Part shown: positions 36,456-47,533 of the stretch, piece after piece
Position numbering within the stretch: the stretch's first letter is position 1
Layout: every line of letters starts with the position of its first letter
Virus record (IMG/VR): IMGVR_UViG_3300045988_046609
Reading direction: 5' to 3' (one strand)
Length of the DNA: 64,000 bases
Source of the DNA: a virus
Made by a program: the position numbers and the translations under genes
The notes under the pieces: generated by a model
The model's input: the letters and a program-made list of their open reading frames with translations, nothing else
Database searches by the model: none
Told to the model about the DNA's origin: nothing

Positions 36456-36858
36456 TCCTCAGATATACCCTAGAAGACTATACGTAGCGGTAGAAGTTGA
36501 AAACTTACAGGAGCATTTCAAGTTATTAAGTACAGATGGTAAAGTTGAATTTACTGATGAGGAGGCTAAAGTAGACTTCCATTGTAGTAAATATGCAATG
36601 GTAACTCGTTCTGTAATAAACAAGGAAGATGGCAAATATGGTGTATTAATTCAAGTACCTGATTTAGATGAGATGCAACAGTCTGATATATCACACGAGG
36701 CAGTACATGCTGCAGACTATATATATCAAGAACTAGGGATGTATACAGAAGATTTCAAGGATGGTAACGAAGGTTATGCTTACTTAGTAGGATGGATAGC
36801 TGGTTGTGTTAGTAAGAGTATAATTAAAGCAAAACAAAATGACAATAGAAGAGAGTAA
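36424..36858 (+). CDS. hypothetical protein with HExxH-like motif (HEAVH)
   Basis: 144 aa, containing SDISHEAVHAADY. A metallopeptidase assignment is tentative. Confidence 0.5.
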   Translation: MKKTPKIDMYDPQIYPRRLYVAVEVENLQEHFKLLSTDGKVEFTDEEAKVDFHCSKYAMVTRSVINKEDGKYGVLIQVPDLDEMQQSDISHEAVHAADYIYQELGMYTEDFKDGNEGYAYLVGWIAGCVSKSIIKAKQNDNRRE

Positions 36859-37243
36859 GGCGATGTGGAACATCGAGAAGAGTAATGTTGACCAAGTTAA
36901 CTTTACTAAAGGGATGAAGGCTTTATATAAAGCCGTGGATAAAGTTATCGAAAATGGTATTATTACTTATGAAGACTTCACTAACGATACTATTGATGAA
37001 CTTACTACCTTAATGGTGCAAGAAGGTAAAGGAGAGATTGGTGCTATGGATAGAGCAGAACAATTAGATCTAATGTGTAAGCGTTTAACTGAGAAATATG
37101 AAGAAAAATATAACACCAGAGAGCTTGGAACAGGAATTACAGAACTTTCAACAGATAGTGCAGAAGTATCAGACCCTGAAAAACTACACGAATCCGAATG
37201 TATCACTGAGGAGAGCGTTAGCGATAATACAGAGATTAAATAA
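36839..37243 (+). CDS. hypothetical acidic protein
   Basis: 134-aa ORF. Confidence 0.55.
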   Translation: MTIEESKAMWNIEKSNVDQVNFTKGMKALYKAVDKVIENGIITYEDFTNDTIDELTTLMVQEGKGEIGAMDRAEQLDLMCKRLTEKYEEKYNTRELGTGITELSTDSAEVSDPEKLHESECITEESVSDNTEIK

Positions 37244-37276
37244 AGAAAAATATTTAGGTTATAGAATTGATTGATT

Positions 37277-37648
37277 ATGGTAAAATATTGCGCAAAAGTA
37301 AATAAGGCTAATATCTACAAAGTAGATTTTGAGAAAGAAGAGTTCGAGTCTGTTGGTTACTTCAGTGATATTGACTATCGTTATATTATACCAGAAGATG
37401 GTCTCTTAGAGATAACTGATAAGAATGGTAATAAGAAATCTATTGAAGTAAAACAGTATGACATGATACTTAAGATGTATAGTACTACTGGTGACTATGA
37501 CGATAAAGAGTTTATAGTGATAGATAATCCAGAATTGAAAGACTATTATCGTAGAAGAATTGAGAGACTGGAAGCTGATAGAAAAGCGAGAGAAGTAGCA
37601 ATGAATGAGAAATGTTGTTGTGATGGTGAACCTGTAGGAGCAGTATAA
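37277..37648 (+). CDS. hypothetical protein
   Basis: Track ORF trimmed to the first ATG (MVKYCAKV...). Confidence 0.6.
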   Translation: MVKYCAKVNKANIYKVDFEKEEFESVGYFSDIDYRYIIPEDGLLEITDKNGNKKSIEVKQYDMILKMYSTTGDYDDKEFIVIDNPELKDYYRRRIERLEADRKAREVAMNEKCCCDGEPVGAV

Positions 37649-37953
37649 TGGAAAAGATACTAGTAAATAGATATGGAGAAGCTATTAGTTTTAACACTGA
37701 TCTAAATGCTATTACTCCAATGTTAGCCAACATTGATTGCCATATATACAAAGCTGAAACAGACGGGCAAGTAATTACTTCGGATGAAGTAATAGACATT
37801 AAAAAAGGAGAATTCGCTCTTGTTTGTGTATGCTGGAATAATGGTAAGAATGTTGTAAAGGCCATTGTAATATCAGATCCGGCAGCCATACACGACTTAG
37901 GAGAATGGTACGAATTTGAATTAAATAAGTATAAGTCAAATGAATCTCGTTGA
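37648..37953 (+). CDS. hypothetical protein
   Basis: 101-aa ORF with an ATGA-type overlap with the previous gene. Confidence 0.6.
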   Translation: MEKILVNRYGEAISFNTDLNAITPMLANIDCHIYKAETDGQVITSDEVIDIKKGEFALVCVCWNNGKNVVKAIVISDPAAIHDLGEWYEFELNKYKSNESR

Positions 37954-38473
37954 TATAGTAGGAGGTAAGGTTGTAATACACCCAGATCTGTATTTCATAC
38001 CAGCATTCAAAAGACTATACGAACATGATACTTCGGAAGACAAAGTTCATCAAGAGCTTGTTATTACTTATATAGTACTTATGCACAAATGGAGTAGTCC
38101 ATATAAGAAGAGTATGGATGCTCATACTAGAGAAATAAGGCTCAAAGAACAAGTATTTGAAGATCCAAGCTATGAACTTACTGAGGAAGAAAAGGTAGCT
38201 GAACAAGAGTACATAGATTGGCAAAATACTAGAATACTAAAGATGCTAGACGCTCAAATGAACAAATTAGACTCAGTCACTAAGTGGTATGAAGAGTCAT
38301 TAGATGATTGTTTGGATGAGAAGAAGATCAAAGATCTACTAGCTGGAATGGGTTCTACAGCTAATACTATTAAGAGTATAGAAGCATTAAAATCTATGGT
38401 TCAAGCTGAGGAATTAACTATGGGTAAAGTAAAGGGAGATGCCAAGGTTAATCCTTATGAGTTGGCAGGATAA
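37940..38473 (+). CDS. hypothetical protein (small terminase subunit candidate by position only)
   Basis: 177-aa helical ORF, the last sizeable gene before the tRNA cluster and TerL. No motif evidence. Confidence 0.5.
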   Translation: MNLVDIVGGKVVIHPDLYFIPAFKRLYEHDTSEDKVHQELVITYIVLMHKWSSPYKKSMDAHTREIRLKEQVFEDPSYELTEEEKVAEQEYIDWQNTRILKMLDAQMNKLDSVTKWYEESLDDCLDEKKIKDLLAGMGSTANTIKSIEALKSMVQAEELTMGKVKGDAKVNPYELAG

Positions 38474-38719
38474 TACAGTTAAAGACAACCAAAATTAAAC
38501 AATACGTTTATTATAATATAATTTTTGAATAAAATGAAAAAGCAAGTAAATATTGTAATTGATATGAATAAAACCCAAGAAGAAGTATGGCAGCAGATGG
38601 AAGAAGCATATGCAGTTTTACATAAACTTGGTCAAAGAAAACCTTGGTATAGGAGACTGTTCTCTTGGTTTTGATATTTAAAAGTCTGACAGGGACAGAC
38701 ATTAAATATTCCCTGGCAC

Positions 38720-38822
38720 GGGAGAGTGGCGGAATGGTATACGGCAGTAGATTGACGGAAGCGCCCTAAAGTCGTCATTAACAAAGCTCTTGGGTTTGAA
38801 AGTTCGAGTCTTTCCTCTCCCA
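38720..38822 (+). ncRNA. 103-nt tRNA-like gene (type-II-like) with an oversized anticodon region
   Basis: Acceptor GGGAGAG/CTCTCCC with discriminator A. Leu-like D region TGGCGGAATGGTATAC. T arm GAAAG-TTCGAGT-CTTTC. The only good central stem, TGACG/CGTCA, encloses a 15-nt loop (GAAGCGCCCTAAAGT) that contains CTA. The anticodon cannot be assigned. Confidence 0.45.
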
Positions 38823-38830
38823 CTTAATAT

Positions 38831-38905
38831 TCCCCTATGGTGTAATGGTAACACTCGGAGCTCTAACCTCCGTATTGCCCGTTCGAGTCGAGGCTGGGGG
38901 GACCA
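38831..38905 (+). tRNA. amber suppressor tRNA, anticodon CUA (Gln-like body)
   Basis: Acceptor TCCCCTA/TGGGGGG (two G-U pairs). U8. D arm GTGT-AATGGTA-ACAC. Anticodon stem CGGAG/CTCCG. Loop CTCTAAC with CTA at 38863-38865, U33 and A37. T loop TTCGAGT, with a T stem GCCCG/CG(A)GGC carrying a 1-nt bulge. Encoded ACCA end. Confidence 0.85.
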
Positions 38906-39080
38906 ATAAGGGTAAGTTTGCAGCGGCTGTGAGTAGATCCGAACTTCTGAAAGATGATAAGAAGACTCTCTACTTACCTTTAACTTATTTATTAAAGAGG
39001 TCAATTCACGGTTTGGGTAATGCGCAAGATATCTGAGGCGTTGGCATTTTATCTTACGAACCTCCTTACTCTACATTATC

Positions 39081-39362
39081 ATGAGAAAGTTTGAAATATG
39101 GACAGGGTATTATTCTGTAGATGGTTATTCACCATGCGAACCCGAGTTACACGCTGTGATTGAGGCGTTGGATTTTAAGTCAGCTTGCATGAAATATGAA
39201 CTACGGAGTAGACTTGATAGTATCTAGTTGCAAGAAAAATAGGGTTATGTGTGCAAGCAGTCATATGTGGACTTCTATAACCCGGATACACAAACAAACA
39301 GTTGGATTGGTAAGTACTATCCATCGAAAGAAGAAGCGCAAAAATCGTTTGAAAAACAGTGA
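39081..39362 (+). CDS. small protein between the tRNA genes, with two in-frame TAG codons
   Basis: Hand translation: MRKFEIWTGYYSVDGYSPCEPELHAVIEALDFKSACMKYELRSRLDSI-TAG-LQEK-TAG-GYVCKQSYVDFYNPDTQTNSWIGKYYPSKEEAQKSFEKQ-TGA. Confidence 0.5.
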
Positions 39363-39491
39363 AGTATGGCGCGCATACAACGTAACTTCCTAAGTCACTA
39401 GCTATGTAAGGAATCTCATAGTTAACACAGCTCATGATGGACCTAATCGTAAGTAGACAAGTTTGACAGAGTTCTTGTATAAACTGTAGTA

Positions 39492-39564
39492 CTGTGGGAT
39501 GGAGCAGTTGGTAGCTCGTTAGGCTCATAACCTAAAGGTCGTTGGTTCAAGTCCAACTCCCGCA
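39492..39564 (+). tRNA. tRNA with anticodon CAU (elongator Met, or Ile2 if lysidine-modified)
   Basis: Acceptor TGTGGGA/TCCCGCA. D arm GAGC-AGTTGGTA-GCTC. Anticodon stem TTAGG/CCTAA with loop CTCATAA. Variable loop AGGTC. T arm GTTGG-TTCAAGT-CCAAC. It lacks the three G-C pairs typical of an initiator anticodon stem. Confidence 0.85.
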
Positions 39565-39580
39565 ACTTAAGAAGAAATAA

Positions 39581-41633
39581 TATGGTAGATTTCAACAAAT
39601 AGATAAAAAATAGCGATAAGTTTAGAGAACCAGCCTTGTAGTTTATAGCTACAGGGCATTATTGTTCATATCCGATTGGAACAACAGAATATTTCCAATA
39701 TTGGGATGAGCAAAAACGTAGATGTATCGACGGTTATACTTCTGATGATGGTGATTTCATCAGCGGGTATAACTATTTTTATTTAAACTTTTGTCCTATA
39801 TCAAGAATTGTAAATGAAACAATACTTAATAGCGATGGTAGTTATACTGTAAAACGAAAGAATAAAGTAACATTTCCAGACTTTTGGGATTATGATTACT
39901 ACTTTTTTACTGCATTTAATGATGCAGAAGACCAAGGAAAACACATGTGTGTACTAAAATCACGTAGAAAAGGTTTTAGTTATAAAGGTGGTGCAATGTT
40001 ATGTCGTAATTACTATTTAGTACCTAACTCAAAATCATTTGTATATGCTGCTAATAAGCAATACTTAACAGAAGATGGTATTCTTACTAAGGCATGGGAC
40101 TATATGGACTTTATAGATAAGAATACTGCATGGGGTAAGAAGAGGTCGGTTAACACATAGATGCGCAAACGTGCTGGATTTTTTAGTAAAGACGAATATG
40201 GTAATGTAGTAGAATTAGGATATAAATCAGAAATAATTGGAGTTACTTTAAAGGATAATCCTAGTTCGATTCGTGGTAAGAAAGCAAACTTAATACTATT
40301 TGAAGAAGGTGGTAGTATGAGCGAGCTATCTGCAGCTTGGCAAATTGCAAGACCTTCTGTTGAAGTAGATGGTGTAGCATTTGCATCTATGCTTATATGG
40401 GGTACTGGTGGTGATGAAGATAGCAAATTCTCAACACTAAAGGACATGTTCTATAATCCAGAAGGCTATAACTGTATAGGATTCGATAATATATGGGATG
40501 AAACTGCTACTAGTAAATAGTGTGGATTCTTTGTCCCACAATATACTAATATGGATTTAAGAGATAAAAGTGGTAATCGTTTATATATGGACGAAGATGG
40601 AAATACTTTATATAAACCAGCCCTATAGTACATATTAGATGAAAGAAAAAAAGTAATAGAAAATGCTACAAATTCTACAGCTATTGATAGATATGTTGCA
40701 GAACGACCAATAACTCCAGCAGAAGCAATGCTTGAATTTAATGGTAATATATTCCCTAAAAAAGAACTACAAGAACAACTAGCTAGAATAAGGACTAATA
40801 AAAGTCTAAGTAATCACAAACAGGTTGGTGATTTAGTTTGGGAAAAAGATGGCACTTTAAAATGGGTTATTAAAAAACATGGAGACATAACTCATTATCC
40901 TTTAAAGAAGGACGATGATCCAACCGGTTCTATTGTTATATGGGAACATCCTGTAAAGGACGCTCCGTAGGGCTTATACATATTAGGAGTCGATCCATAT
41001 GACCACGACTAGTCTGGTACTAATTCACTAGGTTCTACTTTTGTATACAAACGTTTCTAGAGTTTCGAAAACTATTATGATATTATTGTTGCTGAGTATA
41101 CTGGCCGCCCATCTACAGCTGAAGAGTATTATGAAAATTTACGCAAGTTAGCCGTATATTATAATGGCAGAATCATGTACGAGAATGAGCGCAAAGGCTT
41201 GTTCCCTTATTTTACTGCTAAGCATTGCGACTATTTGCTGGCTGACCAACCCGATATTATTTCCGATGTAGTTGGTAATTCCAAAGTACAAAGAAAAAAA
41301 GGTTGCCACATGAATAAATAGATCAAACAATGGGGAGAAGGCTTGATTAAGGACTGGTTAAATGAAGAATAGGCTCCTGGTAAAAAGAACCTGCACAACA
41401 TATTGTCAGAGCCGCTATTAGAAGAGCTTATAAGCTATAATGATACAGGAAACTTTGATAGAGTCATGGCGTTGATGCAGGTGATGATTTATAGAGAGTA
41501 GCTCTATAATGTGAAGGTTAAAGAGAAGAAAAAAGAGAATAAAAATAGAGTACTATTTGAAGGCCCTATTTTTACTCAAGAATGGTATCGTGACGACGAT
41601 ACTATTGATAATATAAAAGCATATATGTTTTAA
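39581..41633 (+). CDS. terL: terminase large subunit, TAG-recoded, with a +1 frame break at a T6 run (39775-39780)
   Basis: The N-terminal 66 codons are in frame 2 (...EYFQYWDEQKRRCIDGYTSDDGDFISGYNYF). The rest is in frame 0 (YLNFCPISRIV...). ATPase motifs VLKSRRKGFSYKG and LILFEE. Nuclease motif LGVDPYDHD. At least 10 in-frame TAG codons. TAA stop at 41631-41633. Confidence 0.85.
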
Positions 41634-41635
41634 CT

Positions 41636-44152
41636 ATGAAAAATATCAATCAATTTCCACTATAGAAACTACCTATGTCTAAAAAGACAGAAGACTGGAA
41701 GAAAAGTTGTGTAGACTATATAATTGGTAAAAGTCAAGGTGGTTCTAGAAATGGTAACAATAGAACTCGTAAAGAAGAGATGTAGACATACTATGATTTG
41801 TATAATAGTATATACAATGAAAAAGATTTAAAGTATGTTACAAACCCATTTAAACAATAGGACGGGTTTCCAGCTATGGCTTAGGATTATAATATAATCA
41901 AACCCAAGATAGACCTGTTACTTGGAGAAGAGACTAAAAGACCATTTAATTTCAAAGTAGTTCGTACTAGTGAAATAGCTACTAGTGAAATGCAAGATAA
42001 AGCTAAACAAATGTTGATAGACTATATTCAGGCTACTATTATGAGTAAATTAGGGCCAGAAGAACAAGCTAGATATCAACAAGCTTTAGAGTCTGGAGAG
42101 ATTATGCCTCCAGAATAGATACAAAAGTATATGAGTAAAGACTATAAGGATATTGCCGAAATAACTGCATACCATAGTCTAAATTATTTAAAGAATAAGT
42201 TAAATATTACTCATGAGTTCTTCAAAGGTTGGAAAGATGCCTTAATAGGAGGAGAAGAAATCTATTATGTAGGTATATTAAATGGAGAACCTTGTTTAGA
42301 ACGAATCAATCCTCTGTATTTTGATTATGATACTGAAACATCAGATCTAGAATTTATTCATGATGCACAGTGGTGTGTCTATGAAATGAAACTATCTGTT
42401 ACTGACATATACGATAGATATTATGATAAATTGTCTGAAAAACAATTAAACGAGCTTCTAGATCTCATGAGTGACTCAGCAAAAGGAGGAGTTAATCCTG
42501 AGGTACGTAAAACTTCATTAGATTATCCTCATATTAAAACCCACACCATTAATGGTTTTAGTACTAATCCTTTTGAGGACGGGAGTAACATAAGCGTATG
42601 GCATACATGTTGGCAAGGTTTTAAGAAAATAGGTTTCGTTACTATAACTGATCCAGAAACTGGAGAGCCTGTAGAATATGTAGTAGATGAGACTTACAAT
42701 GTTACTGGTATGGAGTTAAATGTAGAATGGAAATGGATTATAGAGACATATGAAGGATATAGAGCTGGAGAAGATCTATACTTCGGTATGCAACCTATAG
42801 AGTACCAATTCGTATCTGCTGATAATCCTAATGCTTAGAGATTACCATATACTGGGGTAATATATAATAATACTAATAGTAAACCTAGATCTTTGGTAAG
42901 CATGATGAAACCATTACAGTATATGTATATTGTACTATGGTACCGTCTAGAATTAGCGATGGCTAGAGATAAAGGCAAAGTAGTGAATATGGATATTACT
43001 CAGATACCAAAGTCTATGAATATAGATGTATCCAAATGGATGCATTATTTGTCAGCTCTAGGGGTTAATTTTATTAATCCGTATGAAGAAGGTTGGGACA
43101 TACCGGGTAGGGAAGGTGGTAAGCCTGCTCAATTTAATCAGATTACAGCATTAGATCTTACTATGGCTAATACTATTAATTAGTACATTATGTTAATGGA
43201 TAAGATAGAATCTATGTTATCTGAAATATCTGGAGTAAGTAAGCAAAGGGAAGGTAGTATATCCTCTAATGAATTGGTAGGCAATGTAGAAAGATCTGTA
43301 GTATAGTCTGCTCATATTACTGAACCATGGTTCTGGACTCATGATCAAGTAAAGAGATAGGCTATTAGTATGCTTTTAAACACTTCTAAATGGGCTTGGA
43401 AAGACAATAAAACAAATCTATAGTATATACTAGATGATGCTACCAGAGCCTTTATAACATTGTCAGACAGCTTCTTCTATGAAGATTATGACGTATTTGT
43501 TGAAGATACTACTAAAAATCAACAACAAATAGATGCACTTAAGAATCTCATGCAACCAGCTATGCAAAATGGAGCTAGCTTACTTGATATCACAGAGATC
43601 ATTACTATGGATAATGTGGCTATGATCAAAAATAAGCTTGAAGAAATTGAACAGAAGAGAATGGAACAACAGCAAGCTATGGAACAAGCGCAAGCCGAAC
43701 GTGAACAATAGATGTTGCAGATGCAGAATGAGGTTAAAGAAGAAGAACTTATGCTTAAAGAAGCTGAAATGGATCTCAAGAAATATGAAATTGATTCTAA
43801 CAATGCAACTAAGATTACTGTAGCCCAATTGAACGCTTATAGAGGTGCAGAGAATATGGACCAGAATGGAAATGGAATACCAGATACTATGGAAATTGCA
43901 GCTCAGGCATTAGCAGAAAGAAAGCAAGCATCTGATGAAGCTTCTAAACAATTTGAATTCAACAATAAGGTAAGAGAACAACAATTGAAGAAGGAGATAG
44001 AGGATAAGAAGATTGAACTTGAAAAACAGAAATTGCAAGCTCAAAAAGATATCCAAAAACAAAAAGATGATGCAGCTCTTGAAAGAGAAAGAATTAAAGC
44101 TAGAACGGCATTGAAAAATAAAACTAATGCAGAAGCAGCGAGAGGTAAATAA
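41636..44152 (+). CDS. portal protein, TAG-recoded
   Basis: A single frame-2 reading of 838 sense codons joins track ORFs 42131-42838, 42893-43183, 43460-43711 and 43712-44152 through TAG only. It lies immediately downstream of TerL. Coiled-coil K/E/Q-rich C-terminus. Confidence 0.75.
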
Positions 44153-44179
44153 TTATGGCAGTAGTAGGAGAGAAGTAAT

Positions 44180-44488
44180 ATGAAATTAATATATAATAAT
44201 ATTATACCTTTTAAAGGGTTTAAGGCAATGAATTTATTTGGTTTGTGTTTTGTACGCAAAGGTATGAAAATGTCTGAAAAAGATATTAATCATGAAAGTA
44301 TACATACAGCACAGATGAAAGAATTGTTATATATACCTTTCTATCTGATTTACTTTTGTGAATGGCTGGTAAGATTATTTATGAAGGGTAATGCTTATAG
44401 AAATATAAGCTTTGAGAAAGAAGCTTACAATAACGAAAAGGATTTAACATATTTAAATAGGAGGAAACATTATGGCATGTGGAGGTAA
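44180..44488 (+). CDS. small protein with HExxH motif (HESIH)
   Basis: 102 aa with no TAG, containing INHESIHTAQ. A zinc-peptidase-like function is tentative. Confidence 0.55.
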   Translation: MKLIYNNIIPFKGFKAMNLFGLCFVRKGMKMSEKDINHESIHTAQMKELLYIPFYLIYFCEWLVRLFMKGNAYRNISFEKEAYNNEKDLTYLNRRKHYGMWR

Positions 44489-44537
44489 AAGTCAGGCTCT
44501 AAAAAGGGCAAAGGTGGAAAGAAATAATTGAAAGATT

Positions 44538-46088
44538 ATGAATCGAGAAGCATTTAAATAGAGAATGCAGAGCTTAAAGTCTTACCGGGAGCAAAATCCC
44601 GGTAAAGGTTATTTGGATTGGAAAGCTTCATTACCAGATAATTTACAAGATGAGAGTAGCTATAATCTGTAGAGAGCATATGAACTTGGATATGAACCAG
44701 AGTATGTTGAAGAAGATAGATCTTATCATTTACCAACTAGAGATCAAGAAACAGGAGAAATACTTAAGAAACCTTGGCATCCTACATTCTTAATAGGATT
44801 ACTAGAAGATGCTAAATTAGGTTATTATCCGTAGATTATAAAGGGTACTACATATACTACTACATGGGAAGGTAATGAAAATCCTATTTATAAGTATGAG
44901 GATGGTGGTGAAGTACCTCCAACCAATAAACCTACTATAATTGAACCTATACCGTATAAAGGTAAGTTATACAAAGATAGATATGGGCGTAAGTATACTG
45001 AAGATCAGTTAGCTGATTATTATGATAATAGTAGTGATGAGATTGATAGATTTACCGGTAAACCATTCATCAGAGGTTTGAAACCGATAGTAGATCTTGA
45101 AGATGCCGCAAATGTAACTCCTATTGGTGATGCCATATCTATATATGATACTTATGAAGCTTTAAGAAATAAAGACTGGTCTGGTGCAGGTTTAGCAGCA
45201 ATGGGTCTAATTCCTTTTATGCCAATGACTGTTAAACAATTTAGAAGTTCATACAAAGGTATAACTCCTAAGGTAAAGAGACCTATTCCTAAAGTAAACA
45301 GAGCGGCAGAACAGTTAGAAAAGGATAGAATAATAGAAGCTGCTCGTAGAGAGTAGTATCTTAAACCTAAAGCCAGAAACGAAGGATATAAAGTAGTCGA
45401 AAGATTGCAAGATGATCCAGATTATTTCAATAGAGCTATGTAGGTTCGTAAACAATTCGGTGATAACTATGTGCGGACTTATGCAGATTTAATATCTACA
45501 TATAATACTGATCCTAGTAAATTACCTCAGGTAGAACTTACTAATAATCTTCCTAATGCTAGAGCTTAGACGGGTGCTACTACCAGTGCTGCAAATAGAC
45601 ATATGGCTGGAGGAGAATTCCCTAGAATGGAGGAATTCAATTATAGAATAGATCCGACTAAAACAGATTTATCAGGTAATGTAACAGAACATGAATGGAA
45701 TCATTTAGTAGATTATCTTACAAATAAAACTCCAGGAGCATCTGGAAATAGTAATTTATTCTATAAGATGAGTGAGGATATCAGTAACGATAAGATAGAT
45801 AAACATTTTGAATACTATATGAGACCAACTGAATAGAAGGCTTATATGAATCAAATTAGAGAATATCTATTTAACAGTGGCAAAATTAACAGAAGAGGCG
45901 ATAAGGTTGATGCTAAATTGCTTCAATAGACTTTAGATACTTTAAAGGATACTGATACTTATGGATCAGCAGTGAGAGCTAGTAAATAGTTTAAGAATAT
46001 TAATAAGTACACTAAGTGGTTTAACTCTATACCATTATTAGGTTTAGGTACTGCTGTAGTATATAAAGGAACTGAGTAGAATGAATGA
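44538..46088 (+). CDS. virion-module protein, TAG-recoded (about 516 codons)
   Basis: The frame-0 reading from ATG 44538 joins track ORFs 45078-45356 and 45603-45836 through TAG only. TGA stop at 46086-46088. Confidence 0.65.
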
Positions 46089-46314
46089 TATAAGAGATAT
46101 GGTAGGGATAATGCCACAGTATCCGATACCTAATTATAAAGATGGTGGGGTACATATCAAAAAGAAGAATAGAGGCAAGTTTAATGCTTTAAAGAAACGT
46201 ACCGGTAAAAGTACGGAAGAACTTACGCACAGTAAGAACCCACTAACTAGGAAGAGAGCTATCTTTGCTTAGAACGCTAAGAAATGGAAACACAAAGGAA
46301 GAAAGAGAAAATAA
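46081..46314 (+). CDS. small basic protein, one in-frame TAG
   Basis: Track ORF 46081-46272 continues past TAG (46270) as NAKKWKHKGRKRK to TAA at 46312-46314. Confidence 0.55.
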
Positions 46315-46332
46315 ATCTAATTATATATAATT

Positions 46333-47511
46333 ATGGAAAAAGAAACATTAAACGGTTTTGAAATATTTGAAGATTTCATGCCGGGAGCTAATGTATTTAC
46401 TAAGACAGAAATCAAGCAACCTGGCGAAGATACTGAGGTAGATGATACTAAGGTAGATGAAGATGCTGTAACAGAAGAGTTAACTGACGAAGAACTGGAA
46501 GGATTACGCAATCCTAAAAAGGATAAGAAAGATGATAATTCGTCTAAAGAGGATGAAGAGCAGGACACGCCTGTTAAAAAGAAAACCGGAAAGGATAAAG
46601 AAGTTGAAGAAGATGATGATTCAACTAGAGAAGACGAAGGAAGTACAAAGACTGAAGAAACTGATGATGACACTAATGCAGTAAGTGCATTCTTTGGAGT
46701 AATGGCAGAAAAAATGGGCTGGGATCTCGATGAAGAAGAGGAAATTCCTTCTACTCCTGAGGAACTCGTTGACTATTTTCAATCAGTAATTGAAGAGAAT
46801 TCAGTACCTCAATATGCTAGTGAAGAAGTAGAGGCACTGGATAATTTTGTTAAGAACGGTGGTAATCTTAGAGACTATTTCGAAATTGATGGCGAACTTG
46901 ATCTTGAAGAAATTAGTATTGAAGAAGACGAAACAAATCAAAAACTTGTATTAAAAGAATTCTTGAAGGAAAAAGGTTTTAATAGCAAACAAATAGAGAA
47001 AAAATTGACTAAGTACGAGGATGCAGGTTTACTTGAGGATGAAGCTGAGGATGCCTTGGAAGCCTTGAAAGAGATAAGAGAACAGAAGAAACAACAGCTA
47101 TTGAAAGATCAAGAAAACCAAGCTAAGGCGGCTCAGAAGCGTCAACAGGAATACTTTTAGAACGTTGTCAACGAAATAAAAGGCATGGATAATATACGCG
47201 GTATTAAGATACCTGAAAAAGATAAAAAGGTATTACTAGAGTATATATTTAAACCTGACGCTGACGGTATGACCAGATTTCAAAAAGATTGGTCTAAGAG
47301 CGTAAAGAACTTACTTGAGTCTGCTTACTTTACTATGAAGGGAGACACATTGTTAAAAGCTGCTAAAAGTGAAGGTTCTAATAATGCTATTAGTAAATTC
47401 AAAAACAGTTTAAGTAAAACAGGAGTAAGTAGGAAGACTAAAAAACAGGAAATCTCTAATGAAGATACTACTTTATGGAGTTCCTTTGCACGACAATTAC
47501 GTGTAGATTAA
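46333..47511 (+). CDS. acidic coiled-coil protein, scaffolding-protein candidate; one in-frame TAG
   Basis: Frame 1 joins track ORFs 46333-47160 and 47185-47511 through TAG at 47158. Highly D/E/K-rich. Located upstream of the capsid gene. Confidence 0.55.
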
Positions 47512-47533
47512 TAATAACTAATTAAATTAGTTC

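Noticed and set aside
35075-38224. Minus-strand ORFs in the plus-strand early region: 35075-35371, 35496-35771, 35881-36192, 36967-37206, 37512-37889, 37799-37981 and 38015-38224.
   Set aside because: All are antisense to tightly packed plus-strand genes and have shadow-frame composition.
38911-38978. 68-nt segment closed by a 7-bp stem GGTAAGT/ACTTACC, considered as a third tRNA next to the suppressor.
   Set aside because: It has no T-loop motif, D arm or 7-nt anticodon loop. It is probably just a hairpin or part of a spacer.
39034-39171. 11-nt exact direct repeat TGAGGCGTTGG at 39034-39044 and 39161-39171, with similar (C)ATTTTA following each copy.
   Set aside because: The repeat is real, but I have no interpretation. 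One copy is intergenic and the other lies inside the small ORF 39081-39362. It may be a duplication scar.
38511-39528. ORFs across the tRNA island: 38511-38702(-), 38632-38823(-), 38702-39004(-), 38845-39036(+), 39175-39528(-) and 39196-39393(+).
   Set aside because: They overlap the tRNA and tRNA-like genes or are antisense to the TAG-containing ORF 39081-39362. The elevated GC from the RNA genes creates spurious open frames.
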